Shown here: piece after piece, positions 1 through 12,147 of the stretch
Numbering within the stretch: position 1 is the stretch's first letter
How the letters are laid out: each line of letters begins with the position of its first letter
Assembly: GCF_018977255.1 (NCBI RefSeq)
Contig: NW_024705305.1
Coordinates: 1-55,471 of the forward strand
Source: Callorhinchus milii
Taxonomy: Eukaryota
Direction: 5' to 3'
Length of the DNA: 55,471 nt
Notes under the pieces: generated by a model
What the model saw: only the letters and a program-made list of their open reading frames with translations
Told to the model about the DNA's origin: nothing
Databases searched by the model: none
Program-made: the position numbers and the translations under genes

Positions 1-520
1 TGAACATCCAGACGTTAATCGCAAAAACATTTCTTGTCCTAGTTCACCAACATATAAGACTTCATGCAAAATTCGAATGAGTGTTGTTTTGGAGAATGTA
101 TCTACTAGATGCGCTCCTGCTTGTAACCGAATACAAATCTGTCCCAAAAAACATTTCACATGTGCTCTTAAAATTACCTCCTTGCTATGAAGCAGATCAG
201 CAAACACGACATCTTTCATTTATTGATCTCTCCACAAAACAAAGGAATGTTTTACACAAACTATATCTAGCACAGCGTTCTGGGAGTGCGTCATTGATTC
301 AGTGCAAGCCACCTGTGGACCCTTATTGGTGCACAGCATCTCAACAGCAGCCGGGCTTGTTTCAACCGATGGTTGTGAACATCCAGACGTTTATCAGCAA
401 GGAGTACTTCTAGTCCTAGTTCGACAAAACCTACGTCAACAGGTAAGACTAAATTATAATTCGTGTTGTAGAGAATGTATCTCCTCTACGTGTAACTTTT
501 AAGTGGTATGTCTTGTAACT
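1..520. repeat. Degenerate tandem duplication, period ~375 bp
   Basis: TGAACATCCAGACGTT...GTCCTAGTTC...GTGTTGT..GAGAATGTATCT...CTTGTAAC occurs from position 1 and again from ~376. Confidence 0.6.
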
Positions 521-1302
521 GATGAACGATCTGAGTGTGCTCCCTATTTCAAAGACAATGAGTTGCTCCAGAGACAGACGCTTCCTGAAAACACAAAATA
601 CCCTTTGACCTGTATCAGAAGAACAACGGGTCTCACCCGAGTTATCTTTACAGGTTATTCCAAAACACTATTTGTCCGAACATCACTTATTCAATGCTTG
701 ACCCTTATAGACAAAATGTTACATGTACGCACACAATCATACAAGTATTCACTCTAAATTATGGAGTCATTTGAACAAAATTGAATTACTGCACTGAAAT
801 ATACTGCAACAGGTTACATCGTATTAACAAGAAGCTATTTAAAAAAAAAATATGCACCGTCTGCTTAACAGTGTATGTACAACATACTATTGCGCCATTC
901 AAAACGAGTAGGCCATTGCATGCTGGCATCTGGGTCAAAATTGACCAAATTCCAAACAGGCTCTTGTCCACATGCAGGCCGGTGCAGAGCCACCACCTTG
1001 TGCCACACAGGGGCAGCTGCTACTTGGGGATGTTCTTCGAGTGTTTGAGACGAGATACGATACAAAACTCCGAATTGCCGGGGCGATAAAGCACCATAAA
1101 AATGGAATTATTAGAACAAAGTGAATGCTTGGGAGCGTATTGGCTCTCGCTCCTGGTTAGAGATCTACCCAACCCACAGGTCCATAAAGACTGGCCGCTC
1201 TTACCCTGCAAGTTGAACCTAGGAATTGAGTGTTCAACTTCTTTCTTGTCATTAAAGGTCTGTGACAAAAGGTGCATCTATTGGAGCAACATTGTCTCAA
1301 GC

Positions 1303-2571
1303 TTACACATCTACCGGGTCTCCATTTGACATTGTATTGTGTCTGATGAAGTCCACCCACACCTCCACTTCCACAAACTGCTGGGAGTTGCCTCGCTCTG
1401 CCTCACAGTCAGAATTCTCCTCCTGCTTCACGTTGCCTCCATCGATGTGAAGGTCCGATTTTGGAATTGAATCTTCATCTTCACATTTTACCTTCACTTC
1501 TTCAATCTTCACCATCACTTCTTCACTCTTCACCATCACTTCTTCACTCTTCACCATCACTTCTTTATATTTCACCTCGATACCTTTAAAAGTGTCCAAG
1601 CTGGGATTTTCTTCCGGTTCTTGTTTGATGAGGGATGGGCTCATTGCGGCACTTTGACTTTCACAAGCTGATTTCAGACTCCAGTCCTTGTGGATCTTCT
1701 GATGCTTGTGTGTTCTCTGGTGTCTTTCAAGAGCAGATGACTGTGCAAACGCCTTCCCACACACACTGGACTTGAAGGGGTTCTCTCCCATGTGTGTTCT
1801 CTGGTGTGCATGAAGAGCAGATGATCGTGCAAACGCCTTCCCACACCCACTGCACTTGAAGGGTTTCTCTCCCGTGTGTGTTCTCTGGTGTATTACAAGA
1901 GCAGATGAATGTGCAAACGCCTTCCCACACACATTGCACTTGAAGGGTTTCTCTCCCGTGTGTGTTCTCTGGTGTGCTACAAGAGCAGATGACTGTGCAA
2001 ACCCCTTCCCACACACACTGCACTTGAAGGGTTTATCTCCTGTGTGTGTTCTCTGGTGTTTTTTAAAAACAGATGAACATACAAACGCCTTCCCACACAC
2101 ACTGCACTTGAAGGGTTTCTCTCCCGTGTGTGTTCTCTGGTGTGCTACAAGAGCAGATGACTGTGCAAATGCCTTCCCACACACACTGCACTTGAAGGGT
2201 TTCTCTCCCGTGTGAGTTCTCTGGTGTGTTACAAGAGTAGATGACTCTGAAAACGCCTTCCCACACACACTGCACTTGAAGGGTTTCTCTCCCGTGTGTG
2301 TTCTCTGGTGTGCTACAAGAGTAGATAAACGTGCAAACGCCTTCCCACACACACTACACCTGAAGGGTTTCTCACCCGTGTGTGTTCTCTGGTGTTTTAC
2401 AAGAGTATATGAATCTAAAAACGCGTTGCCGCACACAGTGCACTTGAAGGGTTTCTCTCCTGTGTGAGTTCTCTGGTGCCTTGTCAAATGTCCAGGACGA
2501 TCCGTGCTGTATGCACACTGGTCGCATTGATGACTCTTGGCACCGAGCTGCGCCGAGTGCCTTTGCTCCAT
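1303..2571 (-). CDS. C2H2 zinc-finger protein, 422 aa: 9 intact fingers plus 1 degenerate (SSVC), acidic C-terminal tail
   Basis: Uninterrupted ORF with CxxC-x12-HxxxH fingers and TGEKP-type linkers. A polypyrimidine/CAG acceptor (TTTTTTTCTGTCTGCAG, minus strand, AG at 2601-2600) lies 28 nt upstream of the ATG. No KRAB, SCAN or BTB domain seen. Confidence 0.93.
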   Translation of the reverse strand: MEQRHSAQLGAKSHQCDQCAYSTDRPGHLTRHQRTHTGEKPFKCTVCGNAFLDSYTLVKHQRTHTGEKPFRCSVCGKAFARLSTLVAHQRTHTGEKPFKCSVCGKAFSESSTLVTHQRTHTGEKPFKCSVCGKAFAQSSALVAHQRTHTGEKPFKCSVCGKAFVCSSVFKKHQRTHTGDKPFKCSVCGKGFAQSSALVAHQRTHTGEKPFKCNVCGKAFAHSSALVIHQRTHTGEKPFKCSGCGKAFARSSALHAHQRTHMGENPFKSSVCGKAFAQSSALERHQRTHKHQKIHKDWSLKSACESQSAAMSPSLIKQEPEENPSLDTFKGIEVKYKEVMVKSEEVMVKSEEVMVKIEEVKVKCEDEDSIPKSDLHIDGGNVKQEENSDCEAERGNSQQFVEVEVWVDFIRHNTMSNGDPVDV

Positions 2572-3130
2572 CAGACAAATTCGACAGAGGAAGCGACAGC
2601 TGCAGACAGAAAAAAAGTTATATCCACGTCAGTATCGATGCACAGAGGAATGCATATTTACACTGTAGCACATGACTTATAAGTCGACACTTATTCATAT
2701 ATTCATGATATAGTGAAAAAGTTTACCAAATTCATCACACGGGCTGTTCTGGCACACAATAAGAGGGCGAATGGTCATAAACATGCCTGGAAGCCCTCGT
2801 ATCTTCAAAATGAATGTTAACCTAAAACTCCGAGCACACAATTTTGGCTGTCTAGCTACAAAAGGAATATTTATGAAAGCTAAATTTAGCTGACAAAGCA
2901 AAGGGTGTTGAAAATAATACTATTTGTGTTATGGAAAAATGCATAAATTAATGTTCAATCGCAACTTAGAGGTGTGAAGCCAGCCAGGCTCACGATGTCC
3001 TTGCACGCTGGAATGAACAGATCTGACTTCAACTGCATGTGTGTGCTGTGTTAACTTCTTGACTGTTTCCATTCTTATAAAGTTATAAGTTCCAGAGGAA
3101 AACAAAAACAAACTATTGTTGTCATATAAC

Positions 3131-3794
3131 CTAGAGTGAACACCGCCACGCGTCCAGAGTGAACACCGCCACGCATCTCGAGTGAACACCACCACGTATC
3201 TAGATTGAACACCGCCACGCGTACAGAGTGAACACCGCCACGCATCTAGAGTGAACACCACCACGTATCTAGATTGAACACCGCCACGCGTCCAGAGTGA
3301 ACACCGCCACACATCTAGAGTGAACACCACCACGTATCTAGATTGAACACCGCCACGCGTACAGAGTGAACACCGCCACGCGTCCAGAGTGAACACCGCC
3401 ACGTGTCCAGAGTAAACACCGCCACGCGTCCAGAATGAACACCGCCACGCGTCCAGAGTGAACACCGCCACGGGTCTAGAGTAAACACCGCCACGCGTCC
3501 AGAGTAAACACCGCCACGCGTCCAGAGTCAACACCGCCACGTGTCTAGAGTGAATACCGCCACGCGTCCAGAGTGAACACTGCCACGCGTCCAGAGTCAA
3601 CACCGCCACGTGTCCAGAGTGAATACCGCCACGCGTCCAGAGTGAACACTGCCACGCGTCCAGAGTCAACACCGCCACGTGTCTAGAGTGAATACCGCCA
3701 CGCGTCCAGAGTGAACACTGCCACGCGTCCAGAGTCAACACCGCCACGTGTCTAGAGTGAACACCACCACGCGTCTAGAGTGAACACCGCCACG
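3131..3794. repeat. 23-bp minisatellite (AGAGTGAACACCGCCACGCGTCC), ~29 copies
   Basis: Abutting units with point variants and no unique spacers. It explains the repetitive 272-aa ORF 2929-3747. Confidence 0.95.
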
Positions 3795-4228
3795 CTGTTG
3801 ACAAGCCCCACCTTATTGTTATTGTTGTTGTGGGCAGGTCGCTTCTCAAAACAAGAGCGGTACAGCAGCTCAAGCGGGGTGGCCTGGTAAAAATGAAAAA
3901 AAAACCTGTGTATATTTAAAATAAAACAAAGTTACAAAGTAGCGAGCCAGGTGAAGAGAAATTAAAACTTAAGCAAGATACTTTTTGGTTCTTTCGGTAA
4001 AGTCACGTAAAATAAATCAATTAAATAATAGTTTCAGTTTAAAAAAATTTGGTATAGCCCTGTGAGCCATTCGACTCTTAAATCAGATGCAATCGCAACA
4101 AAAAAAAACAAAAAATGCATGAGAAAACATCTTAAAGTGACTATGTGACTGTGAAAACATAAAATCCAGGGAAAAACAGCAAAATATTCCACAAAAAGCA
4201 TCGTACACCAACGCTGTGTGCAAATAGC

Positions 4229-4271
4229 ATACGACGTTTCGATTGCAACACAAGCAATCATCATCAGGTAC
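4229..4271 (-). ncRNA. Minimal type I hammerhead ribozyme motif (Penelope-like element type)
   Basis: Minus strand reads GTAC-CTGATGA-T-GATTGC-TTGTGTT-GCAATC-GAAAC-GTC-GTAT: conserved core, perfect 6-bp stem II, palindromic ACGT stem III, GUC triplet, short stem I. Confidence 0.8.
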
Positions 4272-4395
4272 AAATGAAAGAGGAAAAACCTAGTAAACTT
4301 ATAAATGTAATGCAATACAACACAGAGAGTCAGCTAACATAACAGTCAACACCCCAACTGGTTGATAACATTCTTCTAAAGATTGCTCAATTTGA

Positions 4396-4670
4396 GAGAG
4401 AGACAACACAGACACGGAGACACATAGACAGATACATAAGCAGAGAGAGATGACACAAAGACACACAGAGAGAGACACACACACATAGACACACAGAGAG
4501 ATGACACACACAGGCACACAGAGAGATGACACACATAGGCACACAGAACAACAACGCCTGTGTCTTAGAGAGAGGGGGGCAGAGAGAGGGGAGGTAGAGA
4601 GGGGGGGGGGGTAGAGAGAGGGGGGGTAGAGAGAGGGGGGCAGAGAGAGGGGGGTAGAGGGGGGGGGTAG
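4396..4670. repeat. GA/CA low-complexity tract followed by G-run repeats (GAGAGGGGGG..)
   Basis: Simple-sequence composition seen directly. Confidence 0.85.
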
Positions 4671-5107
4671 AGAAATTAGCATGTCAAGGCCGTAGCCATG
4701 GAGTCAACATTGGGGGAGACCAAATCTTCCAGGGGGTCTGGGTGCCCCCCAGAAAAATTTTAAAACTCATTTCTTGCCATTTCCTCCCTAAAATATTTGT
4801 AAAAGTTCACTAACACATGGGATGGAATTTATTTTATTTTATACAATAATGTCTAATAGTGTATTGTATTACATTGCTATGTTTTTTCTTTTTACCTTTT
4901 CTTGTTTCATAGTGTGTAATGGCAGAGATTAGGGATTCATAAAGTACAACGCAATCATATAAACAGAAATCTATGCATTGTTATATGAAGACAAGTCCAG
5001 ATTTTGTGGCCGAGGTTTAGCAAATTGTTTTTATTAACATAGCATCGCAATTATTAGTAAAAAAATATTTGTATAGCAATATACTGGGGGGGCATTTTGA
5101 GCAAATT

Positions 5108-5258
5108 TAATGATTATAACATATTATAATGATTATAACATATTATAATGATTATAACATATTATAATTATTATAATATATTATAACATATAATTATTAT
5201 AACATTCTAATTATAACATATACTTATAACATTATAATAATTATAACATATTATAATT
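5108..5258. repeat. AT-rich ~19-bp tandem repeat (TGATTATAACATATTATAA)
   Basis: Direct tandem copies decaying toward the right. Confidence 0.85.
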
Positions 5259-5562
5259 AGGGCCTTGTGTCAATGAGAGATTTGGAGGCTTGGTGACTGC
5301 ACTTAATAAACCAAACTTCGTAACATTTGAAATGTAATGCAATACAACACAGAGAGTCGGTCAACACACAATGAACGCATCGCCTGGCTGATTGCGTTCT
5401 TCCACAGAATGCTAAACTAAGCGAGAGAATTGAAGCAAACGCGATCAGCCGAGGGCAGGAGGCAAGGCCCCGCGTTGTAAAGTTCCACCTGGACATCGCT
5501 TCCATGCTCGCTGGTACTCAATTGACATCCCTACGAGAGAGAGAGCGAGGCTCTACCTCGGT

Positions 5563-5785
5563 AAACAACAACAACCACAACAACAACCACCACCACATCC
5601 ACAACCACCACCACCGCAACAACCACCACCACAACCACCACCACACCGCAACCACCGCCGCAACCACCACCGCAACTACCACCGCAACCACCACCACCGC
5701 AACAACCACCACCGCAACCGCAACCACCACCGCAACCACCACCACCACAACAACCAACCACCACCACCACAACAACCACAACCGC
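5563..5785. repeat. (CAC/CAA/CGC)n trinucleotide microsatellite
   Basis: Seen directly; source of the poly-His/Thr/Val ORFs. Confidence 0.9.
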
Positions 5786-5794
5786 GATGAGAAT

Positions 5795-6390
5795 TTCTCA
5801 CCTCGGATTTCAGTTCACGGGCGGAGCGGCAACTTCCTGGTCCCTCGCGACGTCACGCGGCAGCAGGTGACATGACGTCACTTGCGGGGTACGATGACAC
5901 TCCCCTCCCCCAATGAGCGGCTCTCAACTCGCGACGGCTTTCACGAATAAATTATGTTAATGAGCCACCACGTACCGGGCGTGGCTTTGCCCAAATAAGG
6001 ATTGGCACTGGGACATATCGGCAGCGGCCGAGCAGAGTGACGTCACGCTCAAGAGCGCGGTGGTCGGGGGTGGGTGACATGACGTCACTAGCGAGGAACA
6101 CCTCCCCTGGCGTTTGACGGCGATGAGGTCACGCTGAGCGGTGACGTCAGAGAGCGGGGTCAGAGTTCAAGTTTGCTGACAGAAAGGGAGCGAGTTTCGA
6201 CTCAGCCTCAAACGAGTACCCGGTGCGGTGTGTAAACAAAGCCACTAGGGAGACAAAGGCGGCCGGGCGTGGTGCTGGCCACCCACCCCCTCGTGTGCCG
6301 TGACGACCTCCATCGGTGCTGCTCGCTATGAGCAGCACTTTGTAGATGTCGTTGCTTGGCTCTCCAGCACACCGCTGGCGACATTTCACG
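5795..6390 (-). promoter_or_regulatory. CpG-island promoter with clustered CRE sites; probable exon 1 of the 1303-2571 gene
   Basis: Perfect TGACGTCA at 5873, 6038, 6080 and 6142; ETS-like CAGGAAGT (minus) at ~5832-5839; CCAAT boxes at ~5910 and ~6001; minus-strand donor CCGAG|GTGAGA at ~5801. The link to the gene is inferred. Confidence 0.6.
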
Positions 6391-6830
6391 ATGACATTTT
6401 CACGTCCATAAAAATAAAATCGCCATACTAACCTAGGCCGTTTTTTGGAAAAATTGGTCCAATTTTCCTAGCTTTATTTTTCAAATAAAAGTGCATTTCT
6501 TGGTTGTGTTTAGCCTGAGTAGCCTATATATTACGTTAAAAAGTGTGGAATTTCATGCATGAAATTTAGAAGTAAAAATAAAAAGTGAATTCCTCCATTT
6601 TGTTAAGCATTAGTATGCTCTATATTACATTAAAAGTGGGAAATTTCACGATTAAATGTTCACGTCCCAAACAGGAAATCGGCATACGAACCTCTGCCGT
6701 TTTTGGCTAAAATTTAACGAATTTTTACAGCTGTATTTTTAACAAAAAGTGCATTCCTCGGTTGTGTTTAGCCTGAGTAGTCTATATATTACAATAAAAG
6801 TGAGAAAATTCACCATAAAATTTGATAATC
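6383..6830. repeat. Two diverged ~260-bp direct repeats (possible DNA-transposon remnant)
   Basis: GGTTGTGTTTAGCCTGAGTAG.CTATATATTAC and its flanks occur at ~6502 and ~6760. Confidence 0.6.
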
Positions 6831-9567
6831 ACGGAGATAATCGTATTAATTTATGCGAATGCTTGCGATTATGTTAATGTGTGCAGTTTAGATAACTATG
6901 CTTAGTTTCGTTATCCAGAGTTGTATCAATCGGGATAACCGATTATCTTTGATTAAACATTTATTATCTTAGTGTGTTTATGTTATGTTAGGTCTCCAAG
7001 TTCATATATCAACGCAGGCTACAGTTCTTATGAATAAGACAGTTTTGCATGGACTGGGAAAGAAGCACTCGAACACTTGGTGTTAAGCAATTTTAATTCT
7101 AGACAAAATATGACACTCTAAGATGCGACTCTCAGGTTCGGAATTATCGACGGTACCATTGGGGAGATTTCTCTCGGTGAGCAATACTCTTAACCATCAA
7201 GGCTTGCGTTGTTTCACTTTGGCAACCGCACATCTCACTGCCCTGACTCACGTGGCTTCTAAAAAATATTGTTGTTGTAAAGACAGTGCATCTACTGAGG
7301 GACAGTGCATCTACTAAGGGACAAGCGGTGACAATAGGATATAAAGATTTACACTATAAGACCTCCTTCACCAGTGGCAAAATATAGTAATAGGTTTTTA
7401 CCCAATCAACTTCAAGGACAATACATATCATTATCGTCATCAGAGTTGTTTCTTTTTGTTTGCATTCTGCCTGCTTGTGTTGTGGTTATTGCAAACATGA
7501 TGCCTTGCATAAAGGTGTCAGTTTTTGTACCAGTTGAAAGGGTAAAAACCTATTACTAGGAGATCAAGAGTTAAAGAAGGGAAGGCGGGACAAATGGTGG
7601 GAGTAGATTCACAATGAGAATAAGAGAGCGGGAGGAACGAGGTCCGGGGCTGTTTTGATGGAATATCGGGTCGTGGCTGGTTGCTGTCTCGTCGTTGTCG
7701 TTGCTGTATCGTGATTCCGGAGTCGTAAGCAGTGTTACAGGCTAAATAAAATAACCCTCTACAGTCTACAGAGTCTGGAGTCATTAGAATTGTGACGATT
7801 CATAATCTCACGAGCTCATAGTGGGTTTGTTCAATTATTAGATTTTACTATGAAAGTAGTTACCAGTGTTATTATTATAGCGTTTCAATGTATAGCTATA
7901 ACAGTTATATTGTTAGAGTTTATAATGTTAGAGCTTACAGTGTGAGTTTATAATGTGAGAGTTTTTGGCCGTGCCCTGTCCTCGTGGGACCCCACGCGGA
8001 TTTGGAAATAATTGCAATGACCATGAATGAGCTGAGATTTGAGCGACTGTTTACTTTGTTTCAACATAACTGAGTGCAGGTTAATGCCATCTGGGCTTAG
8101 CGAATACCACTCATGAATGAACTCATACTCCTTTATGAAAGACATTGTAATCTTGCCTTTTCTTGACGAATTGTTATCTTCAATATCGTCCTCAAATATA
8201 CGGCTAAAATACACAGCAGAGGGAAGGCTGCCTTGTTGGGGAGATGTAGTTTGGATAAGGCGCTGTGACTGGAGTTAAAAATTCGCTGCTTGGCCCCGTC
8301 AACAGCAGCGGAGACGATCCGATCCACCGCGTTCCATCTCCCCACAAGATCCACGAAATTCTCAGTTTTTTTTAAATGAACGTATATTTTTCAAATCATA
8401 TGTAATGTAATTATGTTATAATGTGTGATTGTTATACACTTTATATGTATACATACCGTTTATAGCTATTCGATTAAATTAACATGACATTCATCCAACA
8501 GTGGACTGTTTGATTCTAATGCGACTACAGTGGGATTTTAATCATTGTAATGAGATTCAAATCTTGCAAATCCTACCTCCGGTTCGCATTCACTTAACAT
8601 GCATATGGCCACAGTGTGATTCTAACATTATCACAGTGCGATTATAATTATTATTATGCGATTATAATCACGAACCTCCGTTTATTTTGTTCAAAACTAA
8701 TAATACCGTACCTCTGTTTTGGTGTTATAAATGATGAAACTAGTTAATAGATTATAGTATTTTAACTATTTTTGTTATCGTTGATAGTGTTACAGTTCAC
8801 ATGTCATACTTGATGATTAGGGACCGTAACGTTGCGAATACATTTATAATGGGGACCTTTCCCCTTGAAGGACACATGTTAATGGAGAGACAGCCAAGAT
8901 GCTGCCGGTTAAGGGCAGATTTGTGTGACGAAGATCCTCCACCTGAAACTCGCTTAAAACACGTTTTTGCTATGAACATTGTAAAATAAATAAACGGACA
9001 AACATTTGTTAAAATACGTTTTTATTAATCTGCAATCATTTTTACGTTAAAACTCCAACCGAATATGTATTATGTCCTATGTTCAAACAGTTACAGTACA
9101 ATGCAAACCATATCCGTTCCAGGAATACCAAAGCGTTAAAGTGTCATTCCTCATGATTTCCTTATTAGTTCACCACATTTGTTCACTGTGCCTCTATGTT
9201 GAAGTCAAGGCCATATATCCAACGAACGCGTCATCAATGTACATCCTAAAGTCGATTATTACCAGCAAAAAAAAGCTTTATACTTGAAAAAGAACTCGTT
9301 TAAAATGTTGCGTAAAGATCTAACTACAGATGCATTCCAACTTTAGCTCAACAGGAAGACTTAAACACTACAATATTGTCTGGAATTTAACCATCTCACA
9401 ACCACTGCTCATCACACCACTTCACCAAGTAATCCGCCAACATCAAAACTCACCACCTGCACGTCAAGAAACTCTCAAACGAACTGTAAAACTAAAGGGT
9501 CAGAGTTAAACACACAAGTACTCAAGACAGCTTAATAGGTATAACCGCATGCAACATTATATTTCAG

Positions 9568-10416
9568 TCACCCCGAGCTCTCGGTGTGATCCTCGAGCCA
9601 CTCCATTACATCCAGCCATCTCTCGGGATCCAACTGCATGGGATCGAAGGTGGAAACTTCGTCATGACTCATTGCAGCACCTTGAATTTCAGCTTTTGAT
9701 TTCAGTTTACTATGATTGTGGACCTGCTGATGCCTGTTCATAGTTGACGAGTGTGCAAATGCTTCCCACACACAGGGCACAGAATGGCTTCACGCCCGTG
9801 TGTGTTCTCTTGACTCTGAAGATGTGATGAGTTGTAATGTCTTCCCACACACAGGGCACAGGAATGGCTTCTCGCCCGTGTGTGTTCTCTGATGAGTTTG
9901 AAGAGTTGACGACTGTGCAAATGTCTTCCCACACACAGAGCAAGGAATGGCTTCTCGCCCGTGTGTGTTCTCTGATGAGTTTGAAGAGTTGATGCCTGCG
10001 CAAATGTCTTCCCACATACAGGGCACAGGAATGGCCTCTCGCCCAAGTGTGTTTTCTTATGATCTTTAAGAGTTGATGACCGTGCAAATGTCTGCCCACA
10101 CACAGAGCAAAGGAATGGCTTCTCGCCCGTGTGTGTTCTCTGATGAGTTTGAAGAGTTGATGCCTGTGCAAATATCTTCCCACATACAGGGCACAGGAAT
10201 AGCTTCTCGCCCGTGTGTGTTTTCTGGTGACTCTGAAGAGTTGATGACCGTGCAAATGCCTTCCCACACACAGAGCACGGGAATTGCTTCTCGCCAGTGT
10301 GTGTTCTCTGGTGACTCTGAAGATGTGATGAATGTGCAATGTCTTTCCACACACAGAGCAATTGAATGGCTTCTTGCCCCGTGTGCGTGGGGCTGTGGAG
10401 AGCGTCTCTGCTCCAT
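9568..10416 (-). pseudogene. Small C2H2 ZNF family copy A, 8 fingers, frameshifted as assembled
   Basis: [13 protein letters not shown] start, 8 finger units spread over several frames, family tail [19 protein letters not shown]. The small deletions may be sequencing errors. Confidence 0.75.
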
Positions 10417-10507
10417 GTGAGCGTAGTAACAGCAGCGGTGTTATCGAGTCAAAAGTACGCTATCGGCCGCAAGGATGTTTAGCGTTGAGTTTGGATTTTG
10501 TTAACTG

Positions 10508-10815
10508 CTAAAACAAGAACGAGTTTATCCGCGAAAATAGACACTTACTTGGAGATTCACGGTATATCGATGTCTGGAACCCGTCTGAAGATGTCGCCAC
10601 GAACTCTCCCGACGCAAAGTCGCCTAACTGTCGACACAGCAATTGTGCTCGCCAGGCTGCGTTGTCTCGCGGTTGAAGGACGATCAGCAGAGCGACGAGT
10701 CGAGCGTCCAACCTCATCAAGTTCCCTCTCGAAATGGCATTGAGCTCTGCTTCTGAGCCGCCTTATAACTCCCCCCCTAGGATCCAATCCTTTGTCTTTC
10801 AGGATATTTGCATTC
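10508..10815 (-). promoter_or_regulatory. Copy A promoter (octamer, CCAAT, TATA), non-coding exon 1 and shortened 41-nt intron
   Basis: Minus strand: ATGCAAAT at ~10813-10806, TATAAG at 10767-10762, GTAAGT donor at 10548, TTTTAG acceptor at 10508. Confidence 0.7.
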
Positions 10816-12147
10816 GATTGTTAATTTTGGAAGGTACAATCCGCATGTCTATTAACATACCGAAGAGTAATGTGCCCATTGTGCTTCATGCATGAATATG
10901 TAAGTGCATCTCAGTGTGTAATTGTGCGCTTATTTTGAATAAATGGAAAAACTTTGTCCTCGATTTAAAGTGAATGCAGAGAAATTAGCATGTAACTTTA
11001 GAAAAGGAAGAGAGCGGCCTTCTCGACGAGGGAGTGAAACCCAATAGGTAATATTCTTTTACAGCGTTACAATGGATAGGTTGTAGTTCATAGGTTATAA
11101 TATTATGTTTCACTATGATAGAGCTTAACATGTGAGAGTCTACAATATCAGAGTTGATCAAATGCGACGATCAAGGGCGTCAATCGGGTGAGTTTGAACA
11201 GAGGCTTTAATCAAAGGCGTCATCCCATCACGGAACACCACCTCCCTGCGTTTATTACAGCAACAGAAGCAACTACAGCAGCAACAACAGCAGCAACATC
11301 ACATTTCGAGGGCAACGCAGCTACTTCCGATTCTGCTGCCCAGCTGTTTGTAGTCGGGACCTGCTCTCGCAGGACCCCACACGTCTTTGGAAATGATTGC
11401 GATGATCATGTCTGAGCTGAGAATTAAGTCACTCAAGATTACTTTTTTAACCATAACTTTAGGTAGGTTAGTGTCATCGGGGCTCTGTGAATACTACTCA
11501 TGAATGAAATCACACTCCTGTATGACCGACATTGTACTAATTTTGGTTGATCGAGTAGAACAAGGCACATAACATGTCCAGACGAATTCTTATCAACAAC
11601 AGTGTCCTTAAATATGATGCTAAAATAAATGTTAACACTGGATTAAACGTGCACCTCTTAACCCCTCCCTCGCATTTACGACTAACAATTTGCATTTGCA
11701 CATAACATACATTCAAGTACAGTAATTTGCTAAAACGACCAAATTGTCATTCTAAAATTTGAATGCCATTCTTACCCTCGACCCCCACAGTTCACATATC
11801 CGACCGTCGGTTCGATTGAACGGACAATTAACAAACATGTGTAGAGTTCCATTATAATACTTCTAATGAAATTAAAATACCGTACCTCCGTTTATGGTGG
11901 TATAAATTATAAAACCAGTTGGTAGCTTTTTTTGTCGTTTAATGTTTAGTGTTATTGTTTATAGTGTTATCAATTTACGTGTTTTTAAGTACAGGTGATT
12001 CCCGGTATACTTCGGTATTCTGGACCTGAACGTTGCACCGTCTCTCTGGGGAACCGTGTGGTGTGTGTAGCGAGTATCACGGGGTGGGCGGGTAGTGTGG
12101 TGATAGTGGTCACGGTTGGCACCGATGCACGACCACCGCCACCACCC

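Larger units (their letters stand above)
7270..12036 (-). repeat. Inverted copy of the ZNF duplication unit
   Basis: Reverse complement of promoter, gene, 3' UTR and spacer modules found at ~19830-23250 and ~35740-41630. Homology ends sharply at ...TGAACGTTGC (12036). Confidence 0.9.

Noticed and set aside
2572..2599. In-frame CRFLCRICL upstream of the ZNF ATG, resembling the start of a ZAD domain
   Set aside because: No second Cys pair or domain-length sequence follows; probably 5' UTR.
3131..3794. CRISPR-like array, or the 272-aa ORF 2929-3747
   Set aside because: Units abut with no unique spacers, there are no cas genes and the context is eukaryotic. The ORF is a translation of the minisatellite.
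5504..5875. Poly-His/Thr and poly-Val ORFs
   Set aside because: Products of a trinucleotide microsatellite.
7120..7215. Possible tRNA-derived SINE remnant
   Set aside because: Only a vague resemblance; no clear A/B boxes or cloverleaf.
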